The notes below the pieces were generated by a model, which was not told the origin of the DNA, ran no database searches, and worked only from the letters and a program-made list of their open reading frames with translations. Both the position numbers and the translations under genes were made by a program. Below, one piece after another: positions 57,921 through 64,000 of a DNA stretch of 64,000 nucleotides (its first letter is position 1; the number at the start of each line of letters is the position of its first letter). Source of the stretch: a virus. Location: the IMG/VR virus record IMGVR_UViG_3300042874_000086, positions 1 through 64,000 of that record; one strand, written 5' to 3'.

Positions 57921-59583
57921 GACACTAAAAGTATCTAACTATTACTCAATAGGGGAGGTAGAGTTATCCCTTCAAAAAGGTTTACATTACATAGTTGGAA
58001 TAAATAAAGACATAGAGACTATCTCGGTAGCTTCTAATGGTGCTGGTAAAACTGCTATATTTTCTGCTATATACCAAGGATTATTTAATAAGAATATTAA
58101 GAACCCTAAAGGTGTTATTGAATCTGTAAATAATTCTGTGACTGGAAAGCCCTATAGTGTAGAGATAACATTTAGTAAAGAAGGGGACGCAGATTATAAG
58201 ATTACCAACGATAGGAACAACAATAAAATAACCATTGAGCGCAACTCAAAAGAGATTCAAGTAAAGGGTATAGCAAACCAGCTTAAACAAATAAAAGATA
58301 TTATTGGATTAGATTTCGAGACCTTTTCTGCTTTAACTTACATAAGCCAAAGTACTTTACAAGCTATTTTAGATACCACCAATAAGGATAATATTCTTTA
58401 CCAGTTCTTTAATGTGGAAACTATACATAAAGCTGAAGGTTTACTTAAAGATGAGCGTAAGGAGCTTAAAAATACTAGAAACTTATTAATAGCTAGATTA
58501 AGAGGTGCTGAGAAGAATTTATCTATATTGACGGGTTTTGAGAGAGTAGACCTTGACGAGCTTGAGAGTAACCTTAAGATTTTGACCGAGTCTTTACTAT
58601 CCCTTACTAAAGATAAAAGACACATACAAGTAAAGATGTTGTCTCAACAGACTTATAAACTTAGGGAAGAGAAAGCAGTCTTAAACGCTGAGGGTATTGG
58701 ACTAAAAGTACAGTTTGACCACCTACAAAAACAGCAAGAACTTTTATCTCAGAAAATTTGCCCCGTGTGTGGGTCTGATACCGAGGGAATGGACTTACAT
58801 TTCCTAGACGAACTTATTACTTTAGAGAAAGCTATGGATGGGCTACGGGAGGAACTCCGAGAAAAATCTGAATATTTAAAAATGTTAGAAGGTAAATTAA
58901 CTGGTTTTGAGGATAGCTTAAGGGATGATGAAAATTCTATAGTTACTAAAATAAATCAAGTTAAATCAAAAATTCTAGTAGTATCAGAACAAAATTCACA
59001 GTATGAAAAGATTAAGTTTCAAAAACAAGAAATAGAGTCTGATATAGCTAGTATTTATTCCGATATGGGTAGCCTGGATAAAAAATTAGGTGCTATAGAA
59101 CAGTGTATTAACCTAATTAAAAATGGAGCACTTGTTAATGAATACCTTAATAAGTTTAGGAAGGTATTTGTATCAGTTTTAAAAGAACTTATGCAGAAAA
59201 CTGACTTCGGTATTACTATAAATGTGTCCGTATCTTCTGGTAAGTTATCTTACAGATTTTTTGACCGAGGTATCGAGAAGGGGTTCAATGATTTGTCTGC
59301 TGGGGAAAAGACCAGAGTATCCCTTGTGTTGTTAATTTCAACAATTTTTACTCTAGAAAAAGTAACTGGTTTTTCTAGTAACTATTTAGTTATTGATGAG
59401 ATGTTGGGAGTGCTAGATGAGGAGGGTATTGAGATGATTAAAAAGTTTCTTGAGATTATTCGTCAAGATAAAGCAGTATACTTAATAACACATCACAATG
59501 AGATACCTATAGAATTTTTTGATTCTACTATTACCTTCATAAAAGAAAAGGGTATAACCAGCTTACAAAAGGATGTTAAATGA
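57907..59583 (+). CDS. SbcC/Rad50-like ATPase
   Basis: SNGAGKT, CPVC zinc hook, LSAGE, IDE, ITH. Confidence 0.93.
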   Translation: MLEIKTLKVSNYYSIGEVELSLQKGLHYIVGINKDIETISVASNGAGKTAIFSAIYQGLFNKNIKNPKGVIESVNNSVTGKPYSVEITFSKEGDADYKITNDRNNNKITIERNSKEIQVKGIANQLKQIKDIIGLDFETFSALTYISQSTLQAILDTTNKDNILYQFFNVETIHKAEGLLKDERKELKNTRNLLIARLRGAEKNLSILTGFERVDLDELESNLKILTESLLSLTKDKRHIQVKMLSQQTYKLREEKAVLNAEGIGLKVQFDHLQKQQELLSQKICPVCGSDTEGMDLHFLDELITLEKAMDGLREELREKSEYLKMLEGKLTGFEDSLRDDENSIVTKINQVKSKILVVSEQNSQYEKIKFQKQEIESDIASIYSDMGSLDKKLGAIEQCINLIKNGALVNEYLNKFRKVFVSVLKELMQKTDFGITINVSVSSGKLSYRFFDRGIEKGFNDLSAGEKTRVSLVLLISTIFTLEKVTGFSSNYLVIDEMLGVLDEEGIEMIKKFLEIIRQDKAVYLITHHNEIPIEFFDSTITFIKEKGITSLQKDVK

Positions 59584-60149
59584 CCGCGGATATACCTAAA
59601 GATGATTATGAGTTTGTACAGAAGATTGCTTATAAGTACTTTCTACGAAGTAACTACTACGTAGAGTTGGATGATTTAGTCCAAGAGGGTATGTTAGCTT
59701 ATATCAAAGAGCGTGAGAAGTATGATGAGACTCGTAATAATTTCTTTATGGGCTACGCTTATTTAAGGGTAAGTGGAGCTATTAAAGACTACATAGGTAA
59801 AAACTCACCCAGAGGTGGGGCTACTGTACGCCCCAATTCTTCGGTAGTTAATAAAGAGGTTTATAATTTTTCCTCTATAGGATTAGACGAGAATGACTTT
59901 GAGGACACTTTCTCTCTTACTGTTGAAGATGAAATAGTTAAACAACAATACTTTGAGGAATTCTATAGGTACTTAGGGACTTTAACTAACCTAGAAACGA
60001 GGGTATTATATGAGTATTTTATTCTCCAAAATTCGGTTGTAAAAATATCTGAACGAGTTAAAATGAGTAGGATAAAACTTAAAAAGATACTAAATGCCTG
60101 CTTATACCACATGAAGAGTTACTTTCAAATAGACGATTATATAGTATAA
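59580..60149 (+). CDS. Phage sigma factor (FliA/sigma28-like region 2)
   Basis: DDLVQEG...YD..R...F..YA..RVSGAIKDY; C-terminal region-4-like HTH. Confidence 0.85.
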   Translation: MTADIPKDDYEFVQKIAYKYFLRSNYYVELDDLVQEGMLAYIKEREKYDETRNNFFMGYAYLRVSGAIKDYIGKNSPRGGATVRPNSSVVNKEVYNFSSIGLDENDFEDTFSLTVEDEIVKQQYFEEFYRYLGTLTNLETRVLYEYFILQNSVVKISERVKMSRIKLKKILNACLYHMKSYFQIDDYIV

Positions 60150-60169
60150 GACTATATAAGAGAGTAACT

Positions 60170-61573
60170 ATGAATGAGTACAAAGTAATAGCCCAAATTA
60201 AAACATCCATCCCCTCCAAAGCTCAAGAGGCTTTTAAAAATGCTCTTGAGCTTTACCCAGAGCTTTTAATAGTTCTATCCTCCTTTGAGATACAAAACCC
60301 CTACAATATTTCTTTATCAATAAGACCTACCCGTAACCCTTTAAATGTTAGTTTATTAGAGGGGTTAGCTAGGGTATGTTATTGGTTAACCTTATCAGAT
60401 GAAAAGGCGGCCAAGTCCGAGTTTGTTAAATTAAGTACCGAGCAACAGCAAATAATTTACGGACTCTTCAAAGGGCACTTCCAAAGGTATGTTGGTAGAG
60501 ATTTTATGTTAGATAATATCCCAAAATTGTATGAATTGCAGGATTTATATGCGTCTTTTATAAAACTGCCCAGCAAACTTGAAAGTGACTTTGAGGAACA
60601 TTTAGAGGGTATTAAAAAAGATTTCGATTTATCAAAAGCTAAGTTACCAGTACATATGATTATTATACCAAAAAGTAGCCGTAAGAGTTCTAAAATATAC
60701 TACATTATTAAGAAAGGTAACTCAATTCATAGTAATCTTAGTAATAACCTTATACGGGAGTACTTTAAGAATAATTTTCACTACGCCAGTTTTGGGTGTA
60801 TCTTTCTATATAGTAAAGTTGCGAATAGAAGATACGGTAAGCACATTATACCTATCTGTTTCAGTCTAGAATACAGAAGTATACTGGAGTTATATAAAGG
60901 AAATACCGAAGTAAAATTAGAGGGTATCATTTTTGATACCAAAAAGTACTTCCCAGAAATAAAATCAAACTACATTGACGTTAAATTCCCACAAACAAAA
61001 TTATTAGGTACCTCAGAAGTATTTGAACAACATCTTAGAGGTGCTAAGGAAAATAACTTATTAGTATTCTCAAATGGAATTGTAAAGATTAACTTCATTA
61101 CTAAATATAGGTCTGTAAAGGTTGCTGATTTTATTTTAGATGATGAATTCATACCTATAGGACTACTTACAGTAGAGGGCACTAAACATTTTATAAATAT
61201 ATCTAACGACTTTGTGGAGGGGGGACTTGATAATAGGTATATTACAGTAACCGATAGATTTTTGGGTAATATTAAGGTAAGTACCAAGTTATTTGATATT
61301 CAAGGAAAAGGCTTATTTCAATGTAATCATTGCGGTGCAGTTACTAAAACAAATATCAAAGGGTTATGTAGTAGTTGTTATAGTAGATTTCATAACATAG
61401 CAGAGTTTTGTGGGGAGGGTATTACGATACCAGAGGGGTCTTTGAATCCATTCAATATAAAATTATGCAAGTGCGATATTAAGGGTGATTCTGAACTAAC
61501 TTTTATTATTAATTATGAGAACGTAATAGGAAAGCAATTAAGCCTTCCTATTTATGAGTATTGGGTAGGGTAG
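60170..61573 (+). CDS. Hypothetical protein, possibly a degenerate DNA-ligase paralog with C-terminal Zn finger
   Basis: 467 aa; N-terminus resembles the ligase at 5724; CNHC...CSSC. Confidence 0.6.
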   Translation: MNEYKVIAQIKTSIPSKAQEAFKNALELYPELLIVLSSFEIQNPYNISLSIRPTRNPLNVSLLEGLARVCYWLTLSDEKAAKSEFVKLSTEQQQIIYGLFKGHFQRYVGRDFMLDNIPKLYELQDLYASFIKLPSKLESDFEEHLEGIKKDFDLSKAKLPVHMIIIPKSSRKSSKIYYIIKKGNSIHSNLSNNLIREYFKNNFHYASFGCIFLYSKVANRRYGKHIIPICFSLEYRSILELYKGNTEVKLEGIIFDTKKYFPEIKSNYIDVKFPQTKLLGTSEVFEQHLRGAKENNLLVFSNGIVKINFITKYRSVKVADFILDDEFIPIGLLTVEGTKHFINISNDFVEGGLDNRYITVTDRFLGNIKVSTKLFDIQGKGLFQCNHCGAVTKTNIKGLCSSCYSRFHNIAEFCGEGITIPEGSLNPFNIKLCKCDIKGDSELTFIINYENVIGKQLSLPIYEYWVG

Positions 61574-61576
61574 AGT

Positions 61577-61837
61577 TTATAACCCTTTCTGTATTACATA
61601 GTCACCACAAGACTCACAAGGTTCATCGTCAGAATAGGTAATTTCACCAAAGCCATCTACTAAGTACCTAATATTATTTTCGTATTCATCTTTGGTAAAT
61701 TGGATACCCTGTAGTGTTACACATAGAGCTTGCCAGGCTTCTGTAAGCTCTTCAATACTTAAGTCATCTAGACTCTTTCCTTTATATGTTGTCCAGAACG
61801 CTGTGCAGCCGCTGCTTGTTTCAAAATCCTTCATCAA
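61577..61837 (-). CDS. Hypothetical protein
   Basis: GAGGA RBS; PCESCGD. Confidence 0.75.
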   Translation of the reverse strand: MMKDFETSSGCTAFWTTYKGKSLDDLSIEELTEAWQALCVTLQGIQFTKDEYENNIRYLVDGFGEITYSDDEPCESCGDYVIQKGL

Positions 61838-62019
61838 TCTTCCTCCTCATATACTTCTATACCATTACCCCAGAGAATTTGTATATCGTCTGGTGATAAC
61901 ACCCCCAACTCAATAACACAATCCCCGTCTGAACAAGATATGTAAGCGGTACCCCAGCCCGCAAATACATCAACATGAACACTACAATCCATTCCTAAAT
62001 AATATGATAGGTTTTTCAC
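61834..62019 (-). CDS. Hypothetical protein
   Basis: AAGGAG RBS with GTG start. Confidence 0.7.
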   Translation of the reverse strand: MKNLSYYLGMDCSVHVDVFAGWGTAYISCSDGDCVIELGVLSPDDIQILWGNGIEVYEEED

Positions 62020-62058
62020 ATTTTAATTCTCCTTAATATGTTAAAGGCTTCTTTAAGT

Positions 62059-62934
62059 TTATTTACTAATGAATTCATTATAGTCTTTACAATCACTCGT
62101 GTAGAATGGTACTAAGTCTTTTAAAAGTCGGGCGTGTTTAATCTCAAAGTAATCTGAAAGGTCGCTCTGAAGATATTTTATAACTGCCTCTTGTCCTACT
62201 TTATCTTGGTCAAACATCAAGTAGATAGTTTCAACTCCTTGCTTTAACAACTGTGATATTTTATCAGCCCCAAAGGTGTTATTAACCCCAAAGTTGAAGA
62301 TTGCTGGAATACCACTTTGAACTAAAGACAGGGCGTCCATAACACCCTCACAAAGTACTATATAGGGGGTATAAGGTTCTACAGGTGGGTATATTAAACT
62401 ATATACATTTAACCCTTTAGAATACTTGTACTTCTGCATACCATCCTTGATTTCCCCTAGTGCCCTAGAGTTAAACGCTATAGGTGTTCCATCATAATCA
62501 GGCATAGGGAATATAATACGGTCTTCAAAATGGCCGTAATCACAGAAATATAACCCATATTTAGTCATGGTTTCTTTTGTAAGACCCCTCCAAACTTCTG
62601 GAAGTTCCTTTTCTGAATGAGGGGGAAATAAAACATTTACTTTTTCTTTCTCCCCAGTCTTAGAAAAGATTTCTTCCACTTTCTTATAGAGAGATTGGCG
62701 CATAATGTCATCTACCATATCTTCATCTTCAACATCAAACAACCAAAACTTCTTATTTATCTTATAAGAACAACTAAAACAAATTCCATACCCGTTTTCT
62801 AGGTTTACTGAAAAGGATGGGTGCTTATCTTGGTGGTTTGGATTAAAACAAGTGGTAAGTATAAATCCCTTACCAGACGGTTGAATAGGTTTACCAAGCC
62901 CTTTTATCTTTGCTTCAATTATTTCTTTTAACAT
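62059..62934 (-). CDS. DnaG-type DNA primase
   Basis: CFNPNHQDKHPS..CFSC Zn domain, RIIFP, EGVMD, FDQD TOPRIM. Confidence 0.93.
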   Translation of the reverse strand: MLKEIIEAKIKGLGKPIQPSGKGFILTTCFNPNHQDKHPSFSVNLENGYGICFSCSYKINKKFWLFDVEDEDMVDDIMRQSLYKKVEEIFSKTGEKEKVNVLFPPHSEKELPEVWRGLTKETMTKYGLYFCDYGHFEDRIIFPMPDYDGTPIAFNSRALGEIKDGMQKYKYSKGLNVYSLIYPPVEPYTPYIVLCEGVMDALSLVQSGIPAIFNFGVNNTFGADKISQLLKQGVETIYLMFDQDKVGQEAVIKYLQSDLSDYFEIKHARLLKDLVPFYTSDCKDYNEFISK

Positions 62935-62957
62935 TCGGTCTCCTTTACTACGGTTAT

Positions 62958-62986
62958 ATTATAACATACTTTTAGCGAGTTCGCAA
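62958..62986 (-). promoter_or_regulatory. Sigma70-type promoter for primase
   Basis: TTGCGA-17 bp-TATAAT with extended -10 TG on the minus strand. Confidence 0.65.
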
Positions 62987-63043
62987 AGCTTCGAGCTAAC
63001 CTTCGGGTTCGCTAAAGGTATTTTAAGGAAGCTTTGCGAACTC
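62977..63043. repeat. 16-bp inverted repeat enclosing a cUUCGg hairpin
   Basis: gagttcgcaaagcttc (62977-62992) / gaagctttgcgaactc (63028-63043); inner aacc-ttcg-ggtt. Confidence 0.85.
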
Positions 63044-63078
63044 TTCCTCAATTTGCCTAATTTTTATTAGGAACTTCC

Positions 63079-63486
63079 ATGCCTAAACTTAATAAAGTAG
63101 AGATAATTTGCCCAATACGTGGTAGTTTTTTACAACAGCCTAATAATCACCTACAGGGGAAGGGCTGTAGTAATTGTCAAAAGAATGGGTTTCAGAAGGC
63201 ACTCCCAGCTACTTTATATTACTTAAAAGTTACTTCTGGGGATACTGTACTATACAAAATAGGTATTACAAATAGAACAGTTAAACAAAGGTATACCACA
63301 ACAAACCATAACTTAATAAATATAGTATTTATTAAGGAGTTTAAAAGTGGTTTAGATTGTTATAATGAAGAGCAGCGGTTACTTAAAAAGTATAAAGACT
63401 ACCTATATAAAGGAAGCCCTATACTGAGCTCTGGCAACACAGAACTTTTTACAAAGGATATTATGTGTCTAGAATACATTACATAA
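63079..63486 (+). CDS. Putative homing endonuclease (Zn repeat plus GIY-YIG-like domain), possibly truncated
   Basis: IICPIRGSF.Q.PNNHLQGKGC..C; LYYLKV...YKIGITN...E...GNTELF; antisense to flanking genes. Confidence 0.7.
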   Translation: MPKLNKVEIICPIRGSFLQQPNNHLQGKGCSNCQKNGFQKALPATLYYLKVTSGDTVLYKIGITNRTVKQRYTTTNHNLINIVFIKEFKSGLDCYNEEQRLLKKYKDYLYKGSPILSSGNTELFTKDIMCLEYIT

Positions 63487-64000
63487 TAATATCAGTAGAA
63501 TTAAACCGCATATGGGAGAAATCAGTACCAAGTATGTAAGTAGCTTTAGCACTATTTCTACTTTTGATAGTAAATACCCTAAGAACTTTTTCAGCGTACT
63601 CTTCTTTAGATGCATACAAATGTAAGAACAAAGTAGACGAAAATTCGAGTTCTTTTGACCCCCTGGGGGATACGGTAATTTCATCACCCTCCAACTTTAC
63701 ATCAGTCATATTTACTTGTATAGGTGTCAAAATGACTATTGAAAGTTCCATCGTTAACTGATGTAATAGCTTAACTAGGTGGCTAAGTTGTTTCCAATCT
63801 TCCCCAACCCCAGTCATCTCCACTAACTGAATGTAATCAAGTACAAATAGTTGAATACCAATACTTGCCTGCTCTCTAATGGTTGTTTCTATTTCATCTG
63901 CTGAATACCTTATACTCTTAATATTAAATGCAACATCCCCAGAAAAATATTTTTGTTTCCATGAATTTACACCCGCCACTACTACTGGGTCTGTATTACC
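63479..64000 (-). CDS. DnaB-like replicative helicase, C-terminal part (5' end outside the window)
   Basis: VLDYIQLV, LTPIQVN, RGSKELE, KSRN; frame open to the window edge. Confidence 0.85.
   Translation of the reverse strand, partial: GNTDPVVVAGVNSWKQKYFSGDVAFNIKSIRYSADEIETTIREQASIGIQLFVLDYIQLVEMTGVGEDWKQLSHLVKLLHQLTMELSIVILTPIQVNMTDVKLEGDEITVSPRGSKELEFSSTLFLHLYASKEEYAEKVLRVFTIKSRNSAKATYILGTDFSHMRFNSTDIIM

Noticed and set aside
1-64000. tRNA genes and a firm host assignment
   Set aside because: No cloverleaf or T-loop signature was noticed. AAGGA-type RBSs, low GC and a FliA-like sigma only hint at a host such as Campylobacterota and cannot be confirmed from this window

Overview
This is a 64 kb, AT-rich segment of a large lytic-type tailed phage with a long non-contractile tail and T5-like gene content. 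No tRNA, rRNA, CRISPR array, integrase or reverse transcriptase was seen. Layout from left to right: (1) 1-3.5 kb, a leftward early region with consensus sigma70 promoters, six 16-bp parS-like palindromes and a modular 11-12-bp repeat array; (2) 3.5-17.6 kb, mostly minus strand, nucleotide metabolism (ATP-dependent ligase, dCMP deaminase, GroES, ThyX, intein-containing NrdA, NrdB, MazG-like) and terminase; (3) 18-51 kb, plus strand, head, tail and lysis genes followed by a second virion module; (4) 51-64 kb, replication and recombination genes (RuvC-like, PIN-PhoH, ColE2-type Rep, 5'-3' exonuclease, dNMP kinase, SSB, acyl carrier protein, SbcD/SbcC, FliA-like sigma factor, primase, helicase). 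The most unusual signals are the parS-like array, a 31-60 bp element present three times (twice as a 45-bp inverted repeat, once beside the Rep gene), a stand-alone PAS protein heading the lysis cassette, an ACP coupled to sbcD/sbcC, an ACGATWAT late-promoter motif that fits the phage's own sigma28-like factor, a seemingly inactive DNA-ligase paralog, and an ATC-initiated tail gene. All product calls come from motif recognition by eye; no database search was run.
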